The notes beneath the pieces were generated by a model, which did no database searches, was not told the origin of the DNA, and saw only the letters and a program-made list of their open reading frames with translations. The translations under genes and the position numbers were made by a program. A DNA stretch of 64,000 bases from the human T2T-CHM13v2.0 reference genome, Homo sapiens, in assembly GCF_009914755.1 (NCBI RefSeq), contig NC_060935.1, one strand, 5' to 3'. How positions within the stretch are numbered: position 1 is the first letter of the stretch; each line of letters opens with the position of its first letter. Positions 42,472 through 57,449 of this stretch are shown here, one piece after another.

Positions 42472-45400
42472 CTAAAGTAGACATAACAGATCCCATAACA
42501 GTTAAACATATTAGAACCCTTGAAATTGTCGTCGCACATACATATTTATTATTATTCGTGAATGCACCCAGACAAACTGACGCAAAGGCAGAAGGGCCCA
42601 CTGTAATTAAGGACACTTCTGGGTGTAACAGAGACAGCATCACCCATTTACAAACCCACTGGGCAAATTCAAAAGGACTTACTTACCTGGTAGGAAAATT
42701 AAAAGGAATGAATATCTTACATATAGATCTGAAATAACCCAGGAAACTGATAGAGTGATTAATGGTGAAGTTTAGGGATACTGAACCTCAACTGGGGAAG
42801 CAAAATTATGCTATTTCTCTCTCATCATGCTCCAATTGATCCCACTACTCATTAGGAAATAGATAACTAATTTATTCCTTCTTAAACATGCATAACTTAA
42901 GCAATGAACTAATTTACAGAGAGCAGTCTGCACATGCTCTGCCAACTGAGATGTGGAGAGATAGCACTTATATTTAATTTCCTTTCCACAACCATTCAAC
43001 ACCTGTATCTTCTGGTTTTTGCTATTCACAAATCAAACCGTAGGGAGAGAAGGTGATGCCAAAATAACAGAGCTTTAAAAATTAAAAAAAAAAAAAGACA
43101 CTGGATGTTAAAAGAACTTTGTCAAACTCGTTTTTACTGCGATGAATTATCTGCAGTCCCAGTTACACCTGAGGTTACCAGGAATGCTCAAATGCCTTGG
43201 GCAAAGATTCTATTCAGTACAAATATTAAGCCTTTTAATGGGATGTATATATCTACATATACGTTAATATATGTATAGTTTTAGAGACCTAAGCACTGTG
43301 AAATTACACCAGGGCATAAGAATCAAAAGGCAAAATGATCAACCCAAAGCAAAGAAAATGAAACAGAACATCCTCATTTAATTGAGTGTAACAAAGTGTA
43401 CTAAATAAACTTGGTAAAGGAATGCAAATCTGACTCTTCAAGCATACAGTTTTAATTATTTAAGGGGTTTGTCGCAGAGTTAAGGATGCTTTAACTATAT
43501 TAACTCTACACTGACAGCCTCCTTTAATTTCTCTGTAGGAATGTACACTTATTTTCGGATTATAGGTGAAAAGAAGCAGTTATAAATGCAAAGAGAAGGT
43601 CACAAGAGAAGCAAATATGCAATGCAGAGATTAGAGTGTGAAACATTAAATAAGGAACAATATTTCATATCCCAGCCCCAACCCTTGATAGTTAACATGC
43701 AGCAGAGAACACACTGAAAGCTCCACACAAGACTCCCTAAACATATTGCCTCTACAGGCTTTGTTTAATTTGTTTTCTCTTTTCCTTTATTTATTTATTT
43801 TCTTAAAGAAACAATCTGTTTTAACAATGACAATTTCAGTGAGGGAAATAGAAGAGATCAGTGTGCAACCTGGATAGTCCCACATTTCTTCAATGACTAA
43901 CCTTTTTATTTCCACTTATCTGTGTCGGAGAAGGAAAGTAAGAGGAGCAAGAAGGAAGGGAGGAAAGGAGGAGAGTAGGGAGGAAGGAATTGTGAACTGG
44001 TTATCACAGTGGGTCTAATTGGAAGCCCAAAAAGAAAGTTTAACTTCCGCAAAAAATTAATGGATTTTTTCTGTTAGAAAGGTTAGAAATTAATATGCTG
44101 TTACCACGTAGAAAATTCACTAATCCACTGTGATCTCATTAGTAACCTGGAAACCCTCCTCATTATAGCCGATGTTGCTTTTTTAGATGTAAAAATGTTT
44201 GATGTCTTCCTTTCCATCACTGAGACTTGGTTACACTCAGTCTCGGTGCTTACAATCTTAGCAACATTTCCTGTCTTTGAAAAGTAGTTTTCCCAGAGAA
44301 TGAATGACTGTTCCCTGCTGGGGCTGACTGTGTCACTCTCTAAAAGTGATAAGCAATATCCCTATACCAATAGTTAAATGCTCACTAGAATAGGACTGTT
44401 TGCATTTATACTTAATGCACCAACATTTGAATGAAAATTTAATAAATCAGCCACTACATCTCTAAATATATGAATAAATGTAATATCTACCTATTCTAGT
44501 GTTTGTTTTCTAGCTTTCATTCTAATACTAACATACAGACACAGCCCCATTTCTCCTTTTCTGTAACTCAGCTAAGCTACAGACCCAGCTACTGCATCAA
44601 AATCCTTTGGGAGGTCATCTCAGCTTATCAGACAGACATCATTGTCATTATTTTGAATTAGACTGAAAGTAGCACAGATGTAAACCTCTTGTTGTAAATA
44701 GTTCCCTGTTCTATGAATCTACCCACTTTAAAGTAGCCAATCATCACATGGTACATAATTGGTTCCTCATCTTGACTTCATACTAGGCAATAAATTTTCT
44801 GACATTATGGGGAACACTAGGCAATTTCTGAATCACTTCAACCTCTTTCTCCACCTCCCACCTCCTTCAGAGAAACATTTAAATATCAAAGTCCAAGGAA
44901 CAGCTGAGTAGAGGGGACAGTAAAAATGGGAAAAGTGTTTCTTCTCAGCTTTGAGCTGAAATAGTAAGTGTTTCTTCTCAGCTTTGAGTCCAAAGTAGAC
45001 AGCAAGACAAGCAAAGAAGGCTCGCACATCTACACCACCACCATGATGCCATCAAAGAGAAATAATGTGTAGACACTAGGGAGAATGCACAGAAGATCGA
45101 TTCAAGGCAGGGGATGGGGGAAGTGAGGCGTATACAGATGCAGACTTTATATAGATATCCTGACCCAGAGGCACTGAGAATCTTTGCTATCCATAGGAAT
45201 AAGTACAAAGCAAGAGATGGTTTCAGAAGACAAGGCAGTGCAACATGCCAAAGCCACTCTGTGAGATGGTACAACAAATATCACCTGGAGCTCATAGGAA
45301 GAAGACATTTCCACCCACAGGCATAGAGTTGAAAATAAGACCTCTAGCAGAGTGGGCAAATTCCAGTGGAGATAATTAAAACTGAGACCACCCTCAGGAA

Positions 45401-45879
45401 ACTACTCCTCCCAAATTGGGCATTTGATAAACACCTGGAAAAGTCAAGACAGCCAAACATTTTCACTATAAAAGTACATCTAAGGGAGACTCCAACTGCT
45501 ACTGGAAGATCCTATCTGTTCATATTGTGTGAAGGCCCTCACACTATATTTTCATCCTTAGTTTACAACTTTACCACTTACTGTTTATGCTGCTGAGTTC
45601 TTAAATGACCTAACATTTCCCCTAAGGCATCGTGTCAAATATCCTAGCAAGTGAGTATCTTACCAAGGCAATCTAAACCCCAGAGCCAGATTCAAATATT
45701 AGAGTGATATTTGCACATATGTTTGAGTACACCTGGGGGACAACAAGGTGACATGGGAAGATGAGAAAAAAACATAGCAGCATAAAATCCCAAAGCAGGA
45801 CTAAACCTTATGGGGCATCTCGTTCAATGTTTTACATGACATCTGAATCTCCTCTATCCCTTCCCTCTAGATGACATAA

Positions 45880-46222
45880 TGTTTTGTGTTTGTTTGGTTT
45901 GTTGGTTGTTTTTTCTTTTGTTGTTTGTTTGTTTGAGACAGGATCTCGCTCTATCACCCAGGCTGGAGTGCAGTGGTACAATCATAGCCTACTATAGCCT
46001 CGACCTCCCAGGCTCAAGCAATCCTCCCACCGCAGCTTCCAGAGTAGCTGGGATTATGGGCACAGGCAACCACACCCAGCTTATTTTTCTTGTTATTAGC
46101 AGTAGTACAGGTGAGGTCTTGTTATGTTTCCTGGGCTAGTCTTGAACTCCTGGGCTCAAGTAATCTTCCCACCTCAGCCTCCCAAAGTGCTGAGATTATA
46201 GGCGTGAGCCACCCCCACCTGG
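45880..46222 (-). mobile_element. AluJ with (TTTG)n tail
   Basis: Reverse Alu consensus with J features. Confidence 0.9.
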
Positions 46223-46349
46223 CTTCAATTTTCATTCTGAGGTTTCCAGAGAAGGAGAGCTCCTTCCTCCCCCTGTGCAACCCATCCTAGTTTTTTCATA
46301 GCTTTACTTGTTAGAAAGTTCTGTTTCAGATTCTGTACCTCTGAGAAAG

Positions 46350-46820
46350 CTGAGCATGGTCCAAAGACTTTGGCCTGGAACCTGAAGACTAAGTAACAAT
46401 TTTAGGTCAGTCATTGGCTTTGGGCAACTTCCTTGATTTCTTTAAGCTTCACTTTTTCTCATCTGTAAAATGGGAATAATAATGCCTAATTTTCTGTGTT
46501 GCTATGTGGATGCAAACTATCAAGTACAGCATCTGACACACAACAAATGCTCCAAAAATAGAGTAGCAGAATAGCGTAAGGGTGAAGGATGTTTGGCTGC
46601 AGAGCCAGACTGCCTGGCTCTGAAATCCACTCCACAACTTATTAACATGCAACACCAAGCAAGGGGCTTAACCCTTGTGCCTTGGTTCCCTCATCAGTAA
46701 AACAGATATAAATATAGTACCTATCTCCTAAGATTGTTATGAGAATAAAAAATGATAATGTACTCAAAGCATTTAGAACAGTGTCTGACATGAAGTAGAT
46801 ACCCAATAAATGTTAGTATT
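46350..46820 (+). mobile_element. Two tandem MIR elements
   Basis: Two MIR cores (ctcatctgtaaaatgggaataat; ctcatcagtaaaac...agtacctatc). Confidence 0.65.
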
Positions 46821-47029
46821 TTTTTTTTACTAGTAACTAATAGTATTTTTACTACTATTAGTAGTAGTATCATTTAACTTCTATGACCTCCATCTCTTTT
46901 TCTGTTGTAGGGAGATAATAACATCTACCACTCACTCAGGGACTTTGTGAGAATTAAAAGAAATCACATACACAACACCCAGCATATACTGGGAGCGGAA
47001 TCCATGGTCTTTAATATATTTATTTCCTG

Positions 47030-47330
47030 CCTGTCCCTCCTTCTTAATCCTAGTTCTGCACTCTGAAATAACAAGAAAATAAGAACCCAGTCCCTTTTCC
47101 ATTGGACAGTTCTTCAACTATTTGAAAACAATCTATTATAATCCCCGGAAATCATCTCCACTCTAGTGGAGTAGCTACAGTTTCTTCCATTTTTCCTTGT
47201 GTGATAAGATGTCTAATGTCCTCAGAAGGCTATTTCCTCCCAGATACAATTTCACTGGGGAGAATCCCTCCCTTTGTAGTGTCAGAATTCATGGTCTGTG
47301 TGAATTCATGAACCAATGAGCTGTTCATCA
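47030..47330 (-). mobile_element. L3/CR1 LINE remnant
   Basis: Minus-strand translation KNCPMEKGLGSYFLVISECRTR resembles the CR1 ORF2 C-terminus. Confidence 0.45.
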
Positions 47331-47902
47331 AAGACAGATGCTAGCCCAGGCCATGGGGAGGTGGCACTGCTGAACAAATTGGCAGATTTTTCTAGAGAAG
47401 GCCTGAGCTATCATCTTAAACCATTTTCCAATGAACTTTCCAAGTTTTGTGCCAAGCCTCAAATCTTGTTCTTGAAGCTTGATCATCAAATGCTTACATA
47501 TCTCACTGCATATTCAAACAAATAAACCATTCTTGTTTATTCAGTCTTGACATATTAGGGTTTTTTTACTCACAAAAAATATGATAATATTATGGCTTCC
47601 ATTCTGATTCCTCTTCCGGCCATATTTATTATTGTTTTTCCAATAACAAATGAATACAGTATTGCAAACCTCATTGGTAGATCTTCAGAAAAGCTGTCAT
47701 GTGGTTTGTTGTGACATGGATTTCTTCTTTAGACCATGTGTGCAGTATAACCTTTGTGTATACAATCAACCTATAATTCAGTGAGAAAATAGAACTGTAT
47801 CCTTACAAAGCATTTTAAAGGGATTTCAGTGCTTTTAGCAACCCCCATTCCACTTTAAAATCCTCAGGCTGTGCTTATGGATTCCACTGAGGTTTTCTTA
47901 TT

Positions 47903-48187
47903 TTTGTTTTTGCTTTTTTTAGACAGTGTCTAAACTCAAGTACAGTGGCATAATCTCACCTCACTGCAACCTCTGCCTCCTGGGTTCAAGCAATTCTCCT
48001 GCCTCAGCCTCTCAAGTAACTACGACTACAGGCATGCGCCACCACGCCTGGCTAATTTTGGTATTTTTATAGAGACAAGGTTTCACCATGTTGGCCAGGG
48101 TGGTCTCAAACTCCTGACCTCAAGTGATCCACCTGCCTTGGCCTCCCAAAGTGTTAGGAGTACAGGAGTGAGCCACGGTGCCTGGCC
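47903..48187 (-). mobile_element. AluS
   Basis: Reverse Alu consensus with a degenerate 3' end. Confidence 0.92.
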
Positions 48188-48627
48188 CACTGACTTTATC
48201 TCTAAAAACTTTCCAATGTGATATCAAGGCTTTCCTTTTCACCCAGAAAATTTAGATAGCATTAATGCTAAACTTATATTTGTGATGTTCTATCATCCAA
48301 CCTGGACATACTATTTGATAAAGACAAGTAAAACCTGCCAGCACAACAATGAACAAATAAATAACAGGTTTAAGTTACCAGAATTACAGAACTTTTATGT
48401 TTAAAGGAACTTAGAGATGATCTGATCCTGTGTTCCACTTCTTTGAGGATCATCTTCATGGCCTTTGCCTTACTCACTTGTACTAGTCCTTAATTTTTGT
48501 TAGATGCTTAATAGTTTTTACAGAAATATTTTTTAGTTTTGCCCTGAAAAACAACATCTTTGAAGTCATCAGTCAGATATGATGGTTTTACTTTTTTAAT
48601 GTGTAGTAACACATTAAAATAAACACG

Positions 48628-48949
48628 AGCCAGGTTCGGTGGCTCATGTCTGTAATCCCAGCACTTTGGGAGGCTAAGGTGGGTGGATTGCTTGAGCTCA
48701 GGAGTTCGAAATCAGCCTGGGCAACATGGCGAGACCCCATCTCAACCAAAAATACAAAAAAAAAAAAAAAAAGCCAGGCATGGTGGTACATGCTTATAGT
48801 TCCAGCTACTCAGAAGGCTGAGGTAAGAGGATCACTTGAGCCCAGGAGGTCAAGGCTGCAGCGAGCTGAGATTGTGCCACTGCACTCCAGCCTGGGTAAC
48901 AGAGCAAGACCATCTTAAAAAAATAAAAATAAAAATAAAATAAAATAAA
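48628..48949 (+). mobile_element. AluJ with (AAAAT)n tail
   Basis: Alu consensus with J features; TSD-like aaaataaaca. Confidence 0.92.
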
Positions 48950-51900
48950 CATGTAAGTGTTCAATTTTTGTTTAAGGTATGTCTCCTCTAAAGTGTCTTG
49001 CTTATTAATACTAATGATACATAGTCCATGCTCTGGAAAACACTGATCTGGTTTAAATTGACTCATTTTACCATGAAGAATCTGAGCCATAAGTAGAACT
49101 CAGATTTTCTAACTTTCAATTCACTTATCTTTCCACCCACTTAATTTTGCAAGCTAAAATATACCTGCACTTGGAGAATAAAAATAATTTTAAAAATGAC
49201 AAAATACTGGCAAATCAGTCACCTAACTCTGGCAACCATTAATATCTAGAGAGACAGTCCAAAATTATTGGAATTAGTTGTCAAAAATATCCAAGTTTTA
49301 GTGCTCTCTATCCAGTCATGGATAATTTACATGAGAAGTGAAGTAATGACTTCTCCTAAACTAAATAAGTCTCCTAAGTTTACCAAAAAAATAAAAATAA
49401 GTCTCCTAAATGAAAAAAATGCATATTACAGGGAGTGAACAATACAGAAGTTTGATTTTTAAAATGCTGATAAAGATATAAAGGTTCCTCATTCTCAAGG
49501 ATCTCACGTCACATGTACATATGGATTTTGCTTCCACATACAGGTCTCTTCAGAGGGACTAGTTCAGTTGACTGATGAGTCTCATTAGAAAGAGCCCTGG
49601 CTGTGGAATCCAGTGGCTTTTGTGTTCTTACTACATATATCATCAATCAACTGTGTGACCCTGGGCAAGTCACTTCCCATCTTCTAGCCTCTGTCCCTCT
49701 AGTGTGAAAAGAGAGGCAAGACCAAATGACTCCAAAGTTCCATGATTAGCCACACAGTTTACACACCACTATTTACCGATGAAAGAGCAGAAACAATTCA
49801 GGTTCTGAAGTCACTCCAAACCTGTTTTTCTCTTTGCAATTTTATTTTATGCTTTCCCAGACAATGCAAAGATAAATGCCATCCAGATCCATCCACATAT
49901 AATCAGAATTAGCAAGACTTTAAATAAAGAGAAGTGAAATTGCAATTTACGACTGTAGACTGAGCTTCTAGATATATCTATTCCAACAGAGAACAAAGAA
50001 GCCAGAATTCCAGTTATAACAAAAAAACAAAAATGACAGAATATGTGATTGAACTAAGGCGTTCCAGAAGTGGCGTTGTTCTTTTTTTTTTTTTTTTTTT
50101 TTTTAAACTAGGAGCTGGTAAAATTCTTAGTTTAGCCATTATGCCCCAGAACAGTAATGGTGCTGAAACACAGTAAGCAGAACAGAACCAGATGTATAAA
50201 GATATTCACATTTGTACCACAGGCACTGCTTTTCTTTAACTGCTGAACTGCTGTATCAACACTGTTCTATTACCAACTAATTATAGCTAACAAAGCCCAC
50301 TGCACGGAGTGTGTCTCCTCTATTTTTTCCTCTTACAAAAGTACAGTGCCGACATTCAATGAATGTTAAGTGGTAACAATTTAATTCTTTGAGCACTGCA
50401 TGCAATATGAATTCATGGTCCTTCTCCTAGTGCCATCTGAGGTGTTTTTATGTGCATCAGGCTAACTACCGTGTCAGCCACTGAAACCTCTCAGATGACA
50501 TATCGCTGGGTCATAAATATCCCACTGGAGATGTATTGTCCAGGGTTAAACGTTTCCCTCCCTTCTAACATGGCAATCACGTTAATCAGCTTAAAATTCT
50601 GGGTAATGGCCTTGCATTTGAGAAAAAAAGCCATGTAATACTGTACTGAGTGCCCATTATTCCACACAGTATGTTGGTCTGTCAGTTGGTCAAGCAGTAG
50701 GTCAATAACCATGTCTTAAGCACCTACCTGTGTACCAGGTACCCTGGTATGTATAAAGAAGACAAAGAAGCAATAAAGATGGTTCCCTCAAGGATTCTGC
50801 CAATTTACTATTCAACAAATGCTTACGAACATGCCTGGTAGCTGCTCTGTCATCTAGTCATTTCATAAGCATTTATTGAGCACCTTTTATGGGCCACAGA
50901 CTGTGCTAGTTGCTGGAGAGACAGCTACCAGCCAGTCTGAGATGGTCCATGTGATATGTAAATAGGTGATTTATGAAATAATGCACAAAGTGTTATAATT
51001 AAGAATGTTTGAGGTGCTATGGAGTAAAAGGAAAAAATATCCAGCACTGCCTATGGGCTAGGAAGAAGGACAGGTAACATTGCAGTGGGTACAGAACACA
51101 AGGTAGTATGTCGATTTCAAATGCACGAGACAAAGGATTGGCACTATTAGGAGCTCAGAAAAAAGACGCATGAGAGTGGCCGGAAGCTGGGACCTCACTT
51201 GGAATTAAAATAAGCACAAGACTTGGAAACTCAGGAAGAAGGCCATCTAGAGAACTATTAAGAGTGGTGTGAAAGCACTTAGCATGTTCAGGGACTTGTG
51301 AGTAAACAAGCATGGCAGAAGCAGAGTCACTATGAAGGTGAGCAGAAGAAGATTTGAAAGGCCAGCGGGATTAGGGTCTGAACCTCAGGGAGTCAGACTA
51401 TGGGGCTTGAACCTGGAGGGCATGGAAAACATCTTTCTCCCTCTACCCAGTAAGAGGAACAGAGGGCCACAGGGAAAGCTGAATTTTAGGAAAAGTGGGG
51501 TTGCTCCCTACAGGATGGGAGGTGGGGGGATTCTTGAGGAAAGGTTGGTTTGTAATTTATTGCTAAGAATCTAGGTATATAGTGACAAAACCAAATCCAT
51601 TTGAGAAGAAAATACAAAGGAGAGAATGTGAAGGCAACAGGAAATTGATGGTTATCGTAAACAGAAACCATCATGATAATCACATAAATGTCTACTGTAA
51701 GGGAGAAGTAGAGAAGTAGTCAAAAATGAACTACAACATCCTACACCGAGTCTCCCGTAGCTCTATCTTACAGCCATCTATACCACTGATCAGGACACGA
51801 ACATCATTTTTTGGCTGAATAGAGTAATAGTGATGATGATGATGATGAGAAATGGCAGCAGTTTTCATTGAGAAGCCAGGCACTGTACAGGGCACTTTAC

Positions 51901-52146
51901 ATGGATCACTTTCATTTGACCCTTACAGCGATAGGCTCTTTTTCCCATTTGGCACACAAAGACACTGAGACTCAGATTAAGCAATAGGGCAAAGGTACAG
52001 GGATAGGCGGTGGCTCTGCTCCAGTATGACTGCTCAATGTCTGCTTTACTCCAGCTTCTACAATCTCCTCTTACACAAAACAGCACACAGAGATCTAAGA
52101 GCAGATTCTGTTCTAAAATGGGACACATAGTTTTAGGCATGACTGA

Positions 52147-52990
<844 letters not shown>

Positions 52991-54482
52991 CCATCAATGC
53001 CTAAGACAAAAAGACCATTTTTTACTACATAGGGGACATCATTTATGTGAGTTTGAAGACAAATGCTTATTTGTAAGACAACATGATGCCAACAGTTAAC
53101 CACCTTTCAAAATTAATTCAATACAATAATTATTAGACTTAATATTTGTTTCTCTGGAGGTGGTTTTGTAACAATAAAGAACTATTTTACCCTACCTCTT
53201 TATCCCTTGCAGAAATGGCTGGTTCACTTTTTAGCCACAAAACTCACATAGTTCCCACTCAACCAAAGAACTCATGAAAGACTACTTTCTTCCCTCTCTG
53301 GAAATGCATACTTACTACCTTGGCAGAGTATATCATAGTTTCCTCATGATTTTCACAGGGTTTGTATATCCAAGTTGTAGACATGATGGGTTGACTTGCC
53401 CAAGATTGCCCAGCTAGTACATGGCTGAGAAGAGAATCAAATCTAGGTCTAACTGCAATTCCAGTGTTAAGCAACTTCAAACACTAACAAAGAGAACTAC
53501 CATCTACTGTGTTGTGCTACAACAGGAGTGGCATGTCCAGAACTCTTTCAACAGGGAAAAGTTTGTTCACTCCTGATTTAGTCACTCAACAAACATTTAC
53601 TAAGCAATAACTAAATGTTAGAGCTCTGATAGAAGCTTTATTACTACTAACAATCACGCCTAATATTTAGCAGTATTTACTATGTGCCAGGGGCTTTTTC
53701 TAAATTATTACCTTTAATCTTCTCAAAATCTCTGTGTGATGTTTGTGTATGGCTATGTGTGTGTGATATTCTGAATTCTCCAAACTTCACTTAAGGTCAA
53801 ACATTAAGCTTGGAAGTTAGAATCTGGATTCTGGCCTATCTAAACCATGAGCCTATGTTCTTTGTATTGTATAACTTTGTAACTTATAGATAATGAAAAG
53901 CAATGCAAATAATTTTTGTCTACAGATGCAAATAAATTATGTCCAGTGGAGGTTCAATCGACTTCCCCTCCACTTTTGATCCATTTGCAAATTAATTTCA
54001 GCATTTTTTTATTCCATATAAATTCATGGTTCTACAAATCTGTTACAACAACTTTCTTGGTTCCCTCATTCATTAACAACCTAAGTAAATTTTCTGACAG
54101 GTGTTTGAGTCAATTTTAAAAAAATTATTCTTTTGCAGAGGTTACGAAGATGCCATTTTTACTATCTTGAACCTCACACTTTCATTTGGGAGGGCATACA
54201 TACCAAACTGTAATCAATGTGACCACAAATTATATATACCTATGTACATACTGGGGAGGGAGAATGGAGAAAGAATAAAGTGATTAAGAGGTCACTTCAG
54301 CAAACAGTGAGGTCACTTACAGAATCCACAAGACCTGGCTTTGGACCATGGCTTTCCCACTACCTGGGTATGACACTCTGGACAAGTTTACTAAACCTCT
54401 CAAAGCTTCATTTACCTCATCTATAAACTAGGGATAATAATAGTACTTGCCTCATAAGATTGACTATCAACACAAAAATTAA

Positions 54483-54797
<315 letters not shown>

Positions 54798-57449
54798 TAA
54801 CTATTGCTTGTAAAGGGCCCAGTGCATATCGAATGCTCAGTAAGTGTTAGCCATCATTATTGAGATTCTTCTATGAGAAATATTGATGAAAGAAATTAGT
54901 TCTATTTAAAAATGGGTAGATCTTCACAAAAGAAGGTGCATTTTACCTGGGACTTGAAAGGTTAGGTCACCAAGCAAAGAACTGGAGTAATGTCATTAGA
55001 CATAAAAGAAACAATTTAAATTGAAGAGGGAGAGAGTCATGAAAGGATCAACAAAGGTGAGTCATAGTGCCAAATTTACAAAGAGGTTAATTCCCAGGGG
55101 GACACTGCGTTTGTCAGGTGACCTGAATTTTTCTAAATTTGTTAAAGCTTGTGCCTCTCTACTTCACAGTTGTATGAAGATTACTAAAGCCAAATAGGAA
55201 TGCATTATCCAGGTACCAATTTACATAAAAATCTAGACACCAAATCATCATGACTACAGTTGTGACTACTCACCAGTTCAAATACCCTTCAGGAATAAGT
55301 GGTTATTTTATTCTAAACTTTACAAGCAACAAAAAAATATGAGTTCAAAGTACAAACCACATTTTATACAGATCGAACTTTATACAACATACTTTAACAG
55401 TTAGCTCCCATTCAGTGTGTACGCATATGCATCCCTATACACACATGAAAATAACACACAAAGCCAATTACATCCTTGCTCTTATCCTGGACGTAACTGC
55501 TTTCTTTCTGTACCTGGTTATATGTCATTTCTACATTTTATTAGTCTTGTTATGGTTCACATCAAAATTTCCCCTGCTCTATTTCCAATCAATTGCTTTC
55601 TTGGATACTTTGGACAGGAGAATAAACTTCAGATAATTCTCAATTCTGTGTCAACATTTGCTAAAAGTTTACTAGAAACTCTTAATGCACCATGTTTGCA
55701 TAATCCCATCTGTTTGCTCCTTTTTATTCCTTCATATGCTCAAGTGAATGCTAAACTGTAAAAGGCCCACTATCTATACATATGAGTTCTACAAAGTTGC
55801 CTACTGTAGAGACTTGCAGGTCTCCTATAACTCAGGAATATCAACTGTCTCTGTTAAGAGCAATGATGGATAAGATGGAAAAGATTTAACTTTCAATTTT
55901 GGGCAGGAAGATTACTTCCTCAAAAAGCCTTCTCCTAAAAACAAAAACAAAAACCTCACAGGTACTCCCTGTGCCCTACTATTAGAGCTCATCCCAGCTC
56001 TAGTCTCTGGAGGTTCTGCCCTGTGATTGTTTCAAGCTCTCTTCCTCATGAAGAGGTGCACACGTGACTGCCGTCATCGATAAAGGCTGAAGTGAGTGTA
56101 CTTAGCTAAAGGGCATTGCAATAATTTTTCTCTTCCACGTGAGAAAGTTAGCCTTGAAAATTCTCTGGCTCACTGCTTGTTTTTAAATCATCTTTTGGGG
56201 AGGGGTGGCCAAGGGGGCATGTTAAGTTCAAATCAGCCCCTCTTCCCACTCCCATATCAATTGCTTTTTTAAAATAATAATAAGATAGTAGCACCTATCA
56301 AGCCTTCAGATTTGCTTTGAAGACAGTGCTAATGACTCAACATTTTAATGGGCAATGCCCCCCAATGTCCATTGTAGGAAAGCAGTCCTCGCTGATAGAT
56401 TAAATTTGATTAGCACTGGGGCTGGCGCTGTTCCGTGGAGGCAATGTGATTCCTGTAGGAATCTAGGGTGAATGGTAGCCTGAGAAACAGTCAGTGAAAA
56501 GATTTATAATCTCCAACAACAAATCAGCCCCTGGTTCCAAAGAAATCATTGTGTCTTTCCCACCCCTGCTGTAGCATGTCATCTATACTAGGAAACACAC
56601 TGAGTATCTTGAACCCATTTCAATGAGTGCAGCAGGACTAGAATATAATTTTTCTTTGTTTGCCCTGACTCTTAAATGTTTGCTTCCAGAGCCAAAGCCC
56701 GTCAGTACTCCCATTATGGCCTTGCAGAGGGGATGTGAGAATAGTCAGGAATTTTGATGGGAGTTTACCACAGCAAAACTTCCCAGAGCACTGGTGGCAA
56801 TTTAGGAAGCAGGTAATTTTTAAAAGCACTTGGCCTGAAGGGTATGGACAAGTTCACACACACATTTGATGTTTCCACGGCTTGCACGGCTGAAGAAATG
56901 AGCTATTTCCATTCTCCTCTCATTCCGGAGTGAAAGAGTAAAACCTCAGCCAGGTCTGTCCGGGACACTTTACTAACCAGAAAGCACAGCCTGGGGAAAA
57001 AATGCAATAAAATCTCCCGCCAGGTCCAGTTCAGGCCCCTTCATGATGAGAGGCCAAACATCAGGAAAATTTGGTAGCAGTAATGCTGGGTTTCTGAGTT
57101 ACAGTGTTTTCTCACAAGTGATTGAGTATAATTCACTCAACTTGTTCTATGCAAACTGGACTTGTGTTTAAGTCCCAGTTAGGACTTAAACCCAAAGAAA
57201 GTTAACTACTTTGCCCCTCTGACCTGCCTGCTATTCCCTTCCATCTTTATCATGTATATTGGTAGAATCTTTCATACTTTTTCAAAAAGTTGACTCATAC
57301 ATAATTTCAATTCATTCTCATCTTATCAGTAAAAAGGGCATTGTAATTATTCCCATTGGAGTCTAAGAACAAGAAGGGTTGAGTGACTTGTTCATGGCCA
57401 ATGTTAGCAGCAGAACTGGATCCACACTCTATACTTCCTAACCCCCAGT

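Noticed and set aside
50082-50104. T23 tract as a possible retrocopy tail
   Set aside because: No adjacent element or convincing TSD.
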